A stretch of DNA of 55,152 nt, filler included, from Basidiobolus ranarum (lineage: Eukaryota), in assembly GCA_040143965.1 (NCBI GenBank). It is 4 parts of 4 records of this genome, joined end to end, with 100 filler letters (N's around TTAATTAATTAA, not from the genome) between each part and the next. Parts side by side here need not be neighbours in the genome. Positions count along the whole stretch, not along the records: positions 27,645 to 41,350 come from JASJQH010007342.1; positions 41,451 to 55,152 come from JASJQH010007343.1; 2 more parts are not named here. One strand, 5' to 3'. Both the position numbers and the translations under genes were made by a program. The stretch's first letter is position 1. Each line of letters opens with the position of its first letter. Under the pieces are notes generated by a model. That model was not told the DNA's origin and did not search any database. It saw only the letters and a program-made list of their open reading frames with translations. Positions 35,080 to 46,085 of this stretch are shown in pieces.

Positions 35080-37342
35080 TGGTTCAATCCTTCCTAATTC
35101 ACAATAACTATTGCTAGATCTTAAATATGTATATCCCTATCGGGTCGTGAGACTATTATTAGTTTAAGCAGTTTTTTCAAGAAGATTTGTGGATATAAGA
35201 GTATCATCTGTTTAGACAAGAGTGTACATGGCATATGCTGCTCTTCTGGAGAAAGGTTTACTACCACTAAGCCCTGCTTTCTATCATTGGGGTTATGACG
35301 CTTAAAGCATAAAGCATTATGCTTATTATTCAATTAAAGATTAACTTCAGCGATATTTTGTTCCCAGTACTCTCAGTGGATATTTCGTAGTAGCAAGACT
35401 CATTGACAGAAATAATACACCAACTTACATGTATGCAGCACTCATCATATAATAAGGTATTTAGCTTCATGGCTTTGTGAGTACTAGAAAATCATAGTAT
35501 CTTCAAAGACTAGGGTCATTTTAAGTAACTAACTGGTACTAGTCAGGCTCCGAATTGGCCGTCAGGTATCTTAGATATATTTTCAACTTGAAAAAAGGAA
35601 TGCGCCAGGTTAAAGGATGTATGGGCTAAGGCTATAAATTGAACAATTGTACCACTTTGAACAGTTAGAAAGCAAGACCAGAGATCTATCGTCTCTTGGC
35701 CAATTGTCTAATAATATTCATGAAAATGATTATGACATATGGAGTTGGATTGTAATAATTATTAGCCTAAATGAGGGCTACTCTATTTTTAATTAGTATG
35801 GCCTTTTTTAATACAACCCAGCACAGGGTGAAGCTTACCTTTCAATGGCAATCACTTAGATCACAAGCAGGGTCCTAGAGCGTATTGGTTTATAATTTAG
35901 CCGCTGTCAGTCAACGACCGATCGATTTACATGAAAATGCGAGTGATGATGCTAATGAGCCATCAGATTGTGAGCCTATTCCATACGATTGAAAATGAAG
36001 AAATTCTTGAAAAGATTCTCATATTTGTATTGCACATTGAAAGATTTGTAATGATTTTACCTCACACAAACAATTGAATATAATGACAAAAGCAAAGTAA
36101 AAATGTTTGTAGTACGTATTGAGAGATTTTCAATGTTCGTAACTAAAATATTTTGACATATACTATGAGCTTCCATGTTCTGAGGATTGATATAAAGAGG
36201 GCTATAAACTAAAGATGAATGGGGTTTGTTGATAACCATATTGCGGGCTTTATGGAGTGCCAAACCAAATCTATGTATATATTCTAGAAGTAACCAGGGA
36301 GTAGCGTGTAGCTAGTTAACGGATACTGAGAACACTCTTTAATTTAGATGATCAACTTGATTATATTCGGCCCTTACATGACCTCTCCATTCATCAAAAC
36401 GGGTTAACAAATTACAAATAAAGGAATGAACCATGATTCAAGCGCAGTAACTAAACCATGACGTAGTTAGCTGGGAGGAGAGCGCTAATAATATATGGCT
36501 TTGGGATCTATCAATCTACGATAGTCCAGAGTTCCATCAGATTAGTAGAACCTTCTATTCTAATTCTGTGTTCTTCTACTCTAATTCTGTAATTCCCAAA
36601 TGCAATCACTTAATGCGATCACTATATATACATGTTTAAATGAATTTTTAGGAATTATACAATGCCATCTTTTTCAGAGCTGAGGAATAGCTGAGGAATA
36701 ATAGAGAAATGATCGAAGGTTACAATTTATGTCAATAAATGGCAAAAGTGGCAAATACTTATCCTTTCCATTCTAATATGATATTTTTCTATGTATTTAA
36801 CAGATTGTTGAGTAACTAACAATCAAATATTGCCAAATAATCATTGCCTTCCACTGTGAAGCGGATGCTTGTTTCACTTTTTTCTCTACGTTTTGGTGAT
36901 TTCGCGGGAAAATAATCTTTTGAGCACATTAAAAACTGTTAAAGAGCGCTGCAATTTGAATGAGCTGTCCTAATATGCTTTGAGACGGGCTAGGATGATC
37001 TACATGTAAAAATGCCTGACATAATTGCCGTATTCAAGTCCTTGCTGAAACACCTAGCGGCCTAGTCACTTATACTTTAGTATGAATTAGTAAGACTGGT
37101 ACATGAATCATGCTGATATCGCAGTCTAGGGTAGGGTTCGAGGGTAGAGGTACATCAGGATCTATCACTGAGCACGGACTTATGGTCCTTGGGCTATGTT
37201 TTCAGAGCTTCGTAACAAGAGAATTGTATATTTTACCCCGGAAATTACCGCATTTATGAAACATGTATTTTTTAACTTAAATTCGCATAATAAAGCTTGA
37301 TCACAGGGTGCCTATTTTGGCCTTTGCCAAGAATATTATGTG

Positions 37343-37390
37343 GCACTGGAAATAGCACTGGAAACAGCACTGGAAATAGCACTGGAAATA
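37343..37390 (+). repeat. 12-bp tandem repeat x4 (GCACTGGAAAYA)
   Basis: Seen directly, about 125 bp upstream of ATG 37515. Confidence 0.95.
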
Positions 37391-37514
37391 TGATATAGAT
37401 ATATTGAAATCTTATATAGGACGGAATCGAACTGTATCTCAGAACATCACTACGCCAAAAGCTTGCCATGAGACTAGTATATATTGAGAGGTGGTTTCTT
37501 CGATATATAGTAAT

Positions 37515-38846
37515 ATGGCACACTCACTCAAACTCAATGATGAAGAAACAGTAGCTTTCAACATTCTTTACCCCAAATGGGAGCAAATCCCTCACTCTAT
37601 TCGACCTGATGAAGACTCTCTCAGGCTAGCCGTCACTGATTATGCGGCGGAGAGCAGAATCCTGGAGAATGTCCTCCATGGTAATCTTGCTGAAAAAAAA
37701 CCGGCCATACATTTTTCGCTGCAGCAAGGGAAACAGCTTCAACCGTTCAGGATTGAGGATCTTAGCGACAAAGGCACCACCATGGCGTTCAGTAACGCTA
37801 TCACTCGCCTAAAAATGGCCGGACTGGACCCGATTCAAGATTTAAAAGAATTTGGACTTGATGAAAAATCCGTTTGTAATCCTACATATTTAGCCGCGAA
37901 TCTTTTTGTTGCCTTACCATTATTGGCCGATTGCCTGCATATGACATTCACTGAGACTGAGAGGTTTCCGGTCTTCGGTTATGAGGTCCTCAGCGTTGAG
38001 CTGCACCTCGATAACAATGTTGGACTGAAGGATGTGACTCCATTTTGGAAAAGCACGAATCTAGGAAGTCTTGTGTCCTCAATAATGAAAAAGCTCCCAC
38101 CGGGTTCTACAACTACCAAAGAGCTGGTAAAGCCACTAAAGGACTTATTAGCGATGGCCAAAAAAGATACGTTTGTTCATTATCTTTCGCAAGTCACTCT
38201 GACACAGTTAAAGAAAAAGTCACTACTATTGAGTGAAAAGGCAGTACAAGGTTTGAAAAGATCTATTGTAGGTGCCACGGAAAATCTTTTCCGAGAAAGA
38301 TACTTGATGGTCCCATATCCAAGGAATAGAACTTTGGATTTACTATATAGCCGAAAAACTCTCCGAAATAACATTATTGTCCGTCCACCGGTACTCTGCT
38401 CAAATGATGCCCCTAATATGCACCGAAAGATTCAACAGGCTATCACCACCCAAAAACTTGGCTTATACTCAAGTGGTCAGTTATTATTCAAAGAGCAAGT
38501 AGGAGAGTGTGCAATGCGACTACCTACCTTAAGTGATGTTAAAAAAGCTATTGTTAGAGAGGGGCTTTGTACAGCTCACTCATACGACCTATTTGTACTC
38601 CAGATCGCTACCATTGAATATGACCAAAGGATCCGTACCCAAGTTCCATTCTCAAGCATTCCTTATGAGTACCTAGTCGCTTGCCAAAGATTGTTTCACG
38701 ATTCTTGGATCGATAAACTCATAGCATTGAAGCTCAAACGAATGTTGAATGGAGAAGTCAGTATGCTGGGTGACGGAGATATAAAAAGCTTAGACAATCC
38801 TTTCTTTAACCCCTGTGGTTGTGTATTGCGTTCAACAAAAAGATAG
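37515..38846 (+). CDS. Intronless 443-aa protein of unknown function
   Basis: Long uninterrupted ORF with ATG in AATATGG context, globular composition and AATAAA at about 38936. No family motif recognised. Confidence 0.7.
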   Translation: MAHSLKLNDEETVAFNILYPKWEQIPHSIRPDEDSLRLAVTDYAAESRILENVLHGNLAEKKPAIHFSLQQGKQLQPFRIEDLSDKGTTMAFSNAITRLKMAGLDPIQDLKEFGLDEKSVCNPTYLAANLFVALPLLADCLHMTFTETERFPVFGYEVLSVELHLDNNVGLKDVTPFWKSTNLGSLVSSIMKKLPPGSTTTKELVKPLKDLLAMAKKDTFVHYLSQVTLTQLKKKSLLLSEKAVQGLKRSIVGATENLFRERYLMVPYPRNRTLDLLYSRKTLRNNIIVRPPVLCSNDAPNMHRKIQQAITTQKLGLYSSGQLLFKEQVGECAMRLPTLSDVKKAIVREGLCTAHSYDLFVLQIATIEYDQRIRTQVPFSSIPYEYLVACQRLFHDSWIDKLIALKLKRMLNGEVSMLGDGDIKSLDNPFFNPCGCVLRSTKR

Positions 38847-39241
38847 CACAATCTTAGCTTAAAGTAGTTCAAGTTTTCCATCCATAATTTTATTTGTATT
38901 CCCATCTTTATTCCTATTCTCAGCTACACTTAATTCAATAAATAGCATATATAGACAGACAATCAGTTGCTTATAAAGAGCTATAAGATGCTGAGGAGTA
39001 GAATTTATTTAAGCATTAAAAACTGCATTTAATTAGCTTCCGCAGCATAACAATTAATGGACTAGCTCTCCTCTCTGTTTTTACTAGGTTCTGATCACAA
39101 AAGGCATACCATGAACAAAGAAAGGAGCAAAAGTTGCCTTGAAGGCAGAGATATATTAATGACCTGCTTACTAACAAATCATTACTTACGAGTAGTAGGT
39201 AGATATATAGATTCAAGGGAATTGCCCGCCCGATGATATGG

Positions 39242-40930
39242 CTACTCTGTCTTGTTTTTTCCTGATGAAAAGAAGATATACATGAGTTGCGCAATCAAAA
39301 AGGTACTAGCGTAGATTAGGCTGACACCGAACACTAGCACGATGGTAATTATTGCTATCCACAGATCGAGATTATTGGCTTTCCACCAAGGCATTCGCTG
39401 ATCCGCCGGTTCTATGAGTTTCATCAATCCAGGAACAGCTGCCATTTCAACAATGTCGACAGCGTAATCAAGTCGCTTATTGAATATAGTGACTAGCCTT
39501 TGCAGCCTAGACACAGTTGTCTGTATTTTCTCGGCATCGGGGCTGCTTAACATGTGCTCGAGTACTGAGTGCATCGTGCTAGTACCAACTTCCTTCCACG
39601 AAATACGTCGGCCTGCATTCAAACTTTCAATGATCAAGGCATTCGAGGGCTGGTCTGCAAATGCAGGAATGCCCAAAATCGGAGTTCCAGCTTCCATGGC
39701 TTCATGAATGGATCCTAGACCACAATGCGAGATGAATAGCTGAACAGATGGATGTTTTAGCACTGCTCGTTGCGGAGCTCTTTCCAAAATACGAATAAAT
39801 GGATGTCGGCCATGTTGCATATCCTCAAGATAATGCTCCTGATGAACAACCGCTCCCGACTTCGTCGTACTGTTCGTATGGATTATACCGTTTAGCTCGT
39901 CGGCGTGAGTGTTCATAAGTCCCCAGATTACGCCGTCCACTAATTCAGCATGATAAGCAGCGGTTAGCGATTGTACCATGGCCTCAAATTCATGAGGTTT
40001 GACTGTTGTTAAGCTTCCAAAGCTAATGAAAACGCTACGTGTATGTGTATCAAGAAAGTGCTGAAGCTCTGGAGTAAGTGGCTCATAGTGCTCTGGCAGT
40101 GCGGGACCAATATAATGCACATTTGGAGGAATAGGACGTGGTTGATCAATCCAGGGAACAGATGCAATAAACACTAAACTGTGCTCGCATGATCGTGTTA
40201 GCGTGGTATAAGGTGTAACACCCAGCTCCTTAAATACTTTACTTTGCTGCTCATAGCTTGGACCCCTCATGTATTCTTTTTCCAGTGGTAAGATAAACTT
40301 CTCACGTAATCGTTCCCAGAATGATGCGTTTTCTAGGGTAACTTTAGAGGAGCTGCGAAGATACGGCAGATAGGGCTGATTACCAAAGTCGTGTACATCA
40401 AGTGAGGTCTGTACAATAATACATGGTACGTTGAGCGAGTGTGCTGCGTCGATACACGGTCTGGCAAAAAAATCGCACATGACAATATCCATGGGGCCAC
40501 CGTGTTGTGACTGACCGGATATAACATTTCGGAATAAAGTATACAAACGAGCATAGTCTCCAAACATGACACCGTAGTTATGATCATAGATGGCGTCAGG
40601 ATTGCTGATGGCTAGCGCCGTTAGCTGCTCAAGCATAATTGCAAACTCTTCACGCAATGGTGCCACACCTCCAAGGTCGACCAAGTTTAGCTTGCTGATG
40701 TTAGAACCCCATTTTAGGTCGTAATTGAAAGCAGCAAAGTAGACATCATGCTGGCGGTCAATTAGGAGTTTACTAATTTCTAGTTGTGCCGCAGCATGGG
40801 TGTATGAGGCATGCGTCACTGCTGCTAATACACGTAATGGAGGAGAGGCGGCAGTTTTTGTGGAGGCTACTGATGATATAAGAAATGCTATACTAACTAT
40901 TAAGTGACGGCCGTGGAATGCTAGTTTCAT
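39242..40930 (-). CDS. UDP-glycosyltransferase (GT1/UGT) with a signal peptide, C-terminal TM helix and KxKxx ER-retrieval tail; intronless, 562 aa
   Basis: UGT signature APQRAVLKHPSVQLFISHCGLGSIHEAMEAGTPILGIPAFADQPSNA, plus VFISFGS, SFWERL and PPNVHYIGP. The TM segment starts NLDLWIAIITIVLVFG and the protein ends GKNKTE. Confidence 0.92.
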   Translation of the reverse strand: MKLAFHGRHLIVSIAFLISSVASTKTAASPPLRVLAAVTHASYTHAAAQLEISKLLIDRQHDVYFAAFNYDLKWGSNISKLNLVDLGGVAPLREEFAIMLEQLTALAISNPDAIYDHNYGVMFGDYARLYTLFRNVISGQSQHGGPMDIVMCDFFARPCIDAAHSLNVPCIIVQTSLDVHDFGNQPYLPYLRSSSKVTLENASFWERLREKFILPLEKEYMRGPSYEQQSKVFKELGVTPYTTLTRSCEHSLVFIASVPWIDQPRPIPPNVHYIGPALPEHYEPLTPELQHFLDTHTRSVFISFGSLTTVKPHEFEAMVQSLTAAYHAELVDGVIWGLMNTHADELNGIIHTNSTTKSGAVVHQEHYLEDMQHGRHPFIRILERAPQRAVLKHPSVQLFISHCGLGSIHEAMEAGTPILGIPAFADQPSNALIIESLNAGRRISWKEVGTSTMHSVLEHMLSSPDAEKIQTTVSRLQRLVTIFNKRLDYAVDIVEMAAVPGLMKLIEPADQRMPWWKANNLDLWIAIITIVLVFGVSLIYASTFLIAQLMYIFFSSGKNKTE

Positions 40931-41220
40931 AATAGCTTATAGTGACAATGAATATCGCAAATGGAAGTGCTAGTAGGAAAGAAGCAGGGTGGTTAACCAA
41001 GTAAAGATTATCATATCGGTAAATAGAGCAAATCGATTGGCTATCAACAAAGACTCAGGAAAGGCTTTGTGACAAGCCACAAATAATCAATCCCACTTAC
41101 TCAAATATAGTATTCCCACTTCATTCACATTTTTGGGTCGTGAGAAAAGCACCAGGAGGTCCAAACTCTATTTGCTAATTTCTTTACAGGTGAATGCTAA
41201 GCATAATATTTAGTCAGGCT

Positions 41221-41277
41221 ATATATGATGGGTAACTTTATATATGATGGGTAATTTTATATATGATGGATAACTTT
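41221..41277 (+). repeat. 19-bp tandem repeat x3 (ATATATGATGGRTAAYTTT)
   Basis: Seen directly, upstream of the UGT start. Confidence 0.9.
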
Positions 41278-41350
41278 ACATTTCTATTTGAGATATTTCT
41301 TCCACAAAGCCTGAAAATAATAATTAGCAGTAGTCACAATCATGGCTATG

Positions 41351-41450
41351 NNNNNNNNNNNNNNNNNNNNNNNNNNNNNNNNNNNNNNNNNNNNTTAATT
41401 AATTAANNNNNNNNNNNNNNNNNNNNNNNNNNNNNNNNNNNNNNNNNNNN
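41351..41450. other. Artificial 100-bp contig spacer with a six-frame stop linker
   Basis: N run with TTAATTAATTAA in the centre. Confidence 0.97.
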
Positions 41451-41489
41451 GATATACCTATTTAGAATATAGGGGCTATAGATACATTG

Positions 41490-41690
41490 CTTTCTGTTTC
41501 TGATATATGTATCATAACTAAAGTTAACTATGATGTTGAATAAAGATTAATTATCCAACACTAAGTACCAAGCTTTATATGACTATATGGGTGTTTAGGC
41601 AATGCTAATATCAACAGCTTTCTTGTTTCTGATATATGTATCACAACTAAAGTTAACCAAGGTATAGAATAGAGATTAACTATCCAACAG
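41490..41690 (+). repeat. Duplicated ~70-bp unit flanking a fragment of the dispersed repeat family
   Basis: TGTTTCTGATATATGTATCA.AACTAAAGTTAAC...GATTAA.TATCCAACA occurs twice. Between the copies, TATGACTATATGGGTGTTTAGGCAATGCTAATATCAACAG matches the 28.3 kb and 32.8 kb repeat ends. Confidence 0.75.
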
Positions 41691-42256
41691 GATAGGTTTC
41701 TTTAACTATGCTGGTTTTATTTAGGGCCAAGCTTGCTGATTGAAGTATACCTTGTAAATATCCAAAATTTATGCACCAATATTACCTAGTGATATTTTAC
41801 CAAATAATGTTGACTAACAAGTATTTGGTGTATGAAACAACTATGACTATTATCTCTATTGCATATGCTATCTCTATCTTTATAGACATAACAAGGTCTC
41901 ACTTTCTTACAATATTTTGATTACTCTTTGAACAATGCTTGAGATAATTGATATGTTCTTAAGGAAAAAAGATAACTACGGTCACCAATCATCAAATACA
42001 ACCAATATGCGCAATCATCATCATAAAGAAGTCAATTTGTATACAAGATTCAGTAATTCTCGCGGAACCAATCATATAATTCAAAAACCACTTATCTCTT
42101 GGAAAGGCAATTGAATCGATTACTATATGATGATTATGCCACAAATTCATTAAACTTTTGACTTTTCAATATATGAATTCTCCAAAGAAGCAGATTATTG
42201 TTTGAAATTTCTTTAGATAAACCACTTCATTATAATAGATATAGGAAGTATTGAAC

Positions 42257-43260
42257 ATGAGTAAATTAGCCACCACTTTGGTCACTTTACCGAAACTAAA
42301 ATTACTCACCAAAGCTTCGAAGTTTGAGTCGGAAGTAACTGTATATATTAAAGGTAAAAAGGCAGTGCCTTTTCAAACCGGAGCTTTCTTCCCTTGGGGA
42401 CCATTATTCTTACTTGACTGTTTACCAACCAATTTTAGGGTTTCTTGCGCAAGGTGAAGATCCCGAGGACTTCAACGCTTGGTTATACTCTCACCGACTG
42501 CTTTTACTCTCATCCCGTCATCATTGGGGTGGTCTTTCTTATGTGTATGTTTCCTTTCTCATGCTTTTATTTATCTTGAGTTCTTTAGCCTAAACGAGTA
42601 TTACCCCTTGTTTGCTTGAATTTCAGATATTCTTGGCCCTCTGGTACAATGCGAACTGCCCAAACCTTTCCATTCCCTTTTGCCACGTTATCTGGCGCAG
42701 CATTTCTAGTATACAAAAATGCAAACAAGTTAAAGAACTTTCGTTTTCCCACCCCAGCCGCGATAGTGTCCACCCTTGCTCTCGATGCAGGGTTGAATAC
42801 TGCTAGATTGGCCTATCAATATCATATAGCTACTGAGGCAAGTCAATTACGAGCAGACTTACTGGCTGAGAAGTTAGTTCAACTGAGACGTGACCATAGT
42901 AGAGTTAGAATTGTTGCTCACTCTTTGGGATGTAGCCATCTATTGGCAGCAATACGAGAGTTAACCGAGTCTGACAAACCGGATGTCATTCATCTCTGTG
43001 CTCCAGCTGTTAGAGAGGAAGTAGTAAAAGATGTCTTATCACTTTCACCTGCCAAAGAGCAGACCTACTGTTACCATACAACTAGAGATTTAACTTTAGC
43101 CGCTTTGTTTCGTGTTATGGCGCAGGGTAGTGCGATTGGTGATATCGGCCTTTCTCAGGAATATCCAAATATCATGTCTATTGATGTCAGTCATCGTTTT
43201 GATGTGGTAGTACACACCAAATATGCTAGGAAATTTCACCATTTCGCTGAGCCACTATAG
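42257..43260 (+). CDS. Alpha/beta-hydrolase-fold protein (DUF726/TMCO4-like); exons ~42257..42353, 42439..42544, 42627..43260
   Basis: VTVYIK|GFL, YSWPSG, A..LA..L...RVRIVAHSLG (nucleophile elbow), IHLCAPA, DLTL..LFR and HTKY. Confidence 0.7.
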
Positions 43261-43767
43261 CTCAGTACAATAAGTTTCATTGTAGATAAACATTCATCCC
43301 AACCATATCCGTGCCTTTTTCAATTCAAGTAGTTTCAACATAGTTTCGACTGAAATGATTCACATCAACTCTTCTAGACAGACCTCAATGCATCCATGTT
43401 CCGTGTATCCATCTATAGGTGAATTTCCCAGTGAATTGCTAGTGAACATCTGTTACGAGTGTGGATATCAATTTATTGCTAATAATAAGAATCATTGCAA
43501 TCAGCATATCACGTGGTATCTTCAAGACATTCTCTTACGATTTTGACCGACACTGATTCTGATGAGAAATGATTCCGAATAGCTTGTTCTTGAATGAAAA
43601 AAAGATAAAATCTTGACAAAAAAAGAATAAAAAAACGAGTCCGAAGAGTCGCCTTTTAAGTAATTGTAACAACCTTGCACTGTATTGCTCTTGTGTTGAC
43701 TTAGGCTTGCCAAACAAGTACACGGAGGTTGTTGTAATAGAGTAACCAAAATTCATTAGAATATAAT

Positions 43768-45746
43768 ATGCCTTCATACCTCATCCAATTTGCTCAAGCA
43801 CATGATGAGTTTCGTTTACCGGAACTACATTCTTTGATGAAGCTTGAGAACATCACTATGGAATACGATTCAACTACCTACGACAAGATGGTAAGCCTTG
43901 TTTGTTTATTTGAATTTTCTTTCGATATGTAGCGCTCAACGGTTATCTTTTTACGTTATATAGTCTCCATTTTTAATTGTCACTCTTGCCAATGATGAAG
44001 ATGCTTACAAACTGGTACAACGCGCCATTCTTATCAAGTAAGTGACACAACTGAAGCTAGAATATGGACAAAACTGAGCCAGTAAATTATTTATCTAGAG
44101 GTATATATGAGCTATGGGCTGCAGGAGAGACCTATGAAGAGGTTCATGAGAAATTGAAAGCTAACAGCGAGAAATGGGTTAGTAGTTTTCTTTCGTTCAT
44201 CAGTTTTCTGAAACGGTGCTTATCTTCCTTAATATAGCCTGCCTACAGCAACTGCTCTTTCAAGTTCACAGTGGATGCTTTTGGTGGTACTCGCTCATTA
44301 CAGGAGCAAATCGAAATCATAGAGACATTCTCGTTCCTTGGATTTGAAGGGCCTATTGATTTGAAAAATCCCAAGGCACATTTTAGAATCATCGAAGATT
44401 ATGGTTTAGATCCCAGCCGATTAACCCCCCCTACTAAGCCTTACACAATATATATGGGTAGACAGGTTCGTGATTTACGGTCATCTTCCAATAGACAAAG
44501 GGTTAACCTAGTGAATTCATTAGATTGGACTTGGTAAACGTGAGTTGATTGATGTCTACAATCTCAAAAAGAGAAAGTTTATTGGCAACACCTCTATGGA
44601 TGCCGAGCTCTCGCTTGTCATGGCCAACCAGGCATTGGCCACGAAGGGAAAGCTTGTTTACGATCCATTTGTTGGAACCGGTAAGTGAAGAAATTTCAGA
44701 GTACTCCTAAACTATACTGACTTGGGGTGCAATTAGGGAGTTTCCTTGTCACCTGTGCTCATTTCGGAGCGCTCACAATGGGGTCTGACATTGATGGTCG
44801 TCAAATCCGAGGCAAAGGTATATATGATCCAGGACTTGTTGGAGAGTTATACAGTGTATTGACATTCTCGCTACAGGAAAAACCTCGATCCGATCCAATG
44901 TTGAACAGTACGCGCTCTATGACCGCGTTCTTGACACCGCCATTTTTGACATCTGCCACAATCCTTGGAGACCAGTAACCTTCTTCGATGCCATCGTCAC
45001 AGGTTCTGTCATTTTCTAATTGTATGTTGGATGTTCTCAGTATTAACACGTACCAATCCATTTCTAGATCGTAAGTGCTACCTGCCCCTATTGTGGTAAG
45101 ATTTCTAGAACTAAGACCCTTGAAATTGTTTCTTCTTTAGCACCCTACGGAGTAAGAGCCGGAGCGAAGAGACTAGGCCGTAAGAATGGCCCAGATCCTG
45201 AACGTGGTCTCACGATGATTGACGGCGTGCCAAACCATTTGTAATGTTTTCTTTATTTGACTGACTCTTTCGATTACGTCTAACCAACTCGACTTCCACA
45301 GACGTGAAGATTACTACCCACCTACAGTGCCATATGAGATGTCCGAGGTTTTGCAAGATCTCCTCGAGTTCGCAGCTCGCTTTTTGAACCCCGGAGGTAG
45401 ATTGGTTTATTGGTTGCCCACTGTCGCCGAGGAGTAAGTTTTCGTTTGATTTGAGTACACCACGAACTTCAGTCTTATTTTTGTTGTTTGGACACATTCT
45501 AGATATTCCATTTCAGATGTGCCTCAACATCCCTGCATGGAATTGATTGCCAACAGTGAACAGCCATTCGGTACATGGAGTCGCCGATTGATCACCATGG
45601 AAAAGGTCAGGGAATACGTACCACTTAACACTAGGGTTGAAACGGAGTCGAACAACGCACCCGAAGTCAACTTGGGCCATTCCAACTTCCGTGAGAAGTA
45701 TTTCACATTAGGTGGTCCCAAGAAAGGAGCCAAACAAGAAAACTAA
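43768..45746 (+). CDS. TRM11: tRNA (guanine-10-N2)-methyltransferase catalytic subunit, multi-exon, with a 3-nt microexon
   Basis: MPSYLIQFAQAHDEFRLPEL, YNLKKRKFIGNTSMDAELSLVMANQA, VYDPFVGTG, GSDIDGRQIRG, FDAIVTDPPYGVRAGAKRLG, GGRLVYWLP, WSRRLITM and FREKYF. Confidence 0.95.
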
Positions 45747-46085
45747 TCAGCTCGCCCGAAATTATTACCCACTATTTTCAGTGCTCATGCACCTCCTGGT
45801 CTTCTCATTCTACATCTATTTGGTTCACAGTTTTGTCGAAGCTAATTTGTACCCTCTGAAATTCCTTCATAGAGATTGAAATAAATGAAATCTATTTATT
45901 CGAAACATACATAGCTACTAACAATGATGAAGCACACGTTGATCCACGCCCAGCTCCTAGCATGGGGTCTATGGTTTATACGATTTAAATAAACTACAAC
46001 TAATAAGATACAAACACGAAATGTTGCCGACTAAACAATACAAAAAGAATTTCAATGGATCGATAGCTTGGAGGAATGGTGCTAA

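Noticed and set aside
37343-37390. Possible CRISPR-like array
   Set aside because: These are contiguous 12-mers with no spacers and no cas genes, in a eukaryotic context.
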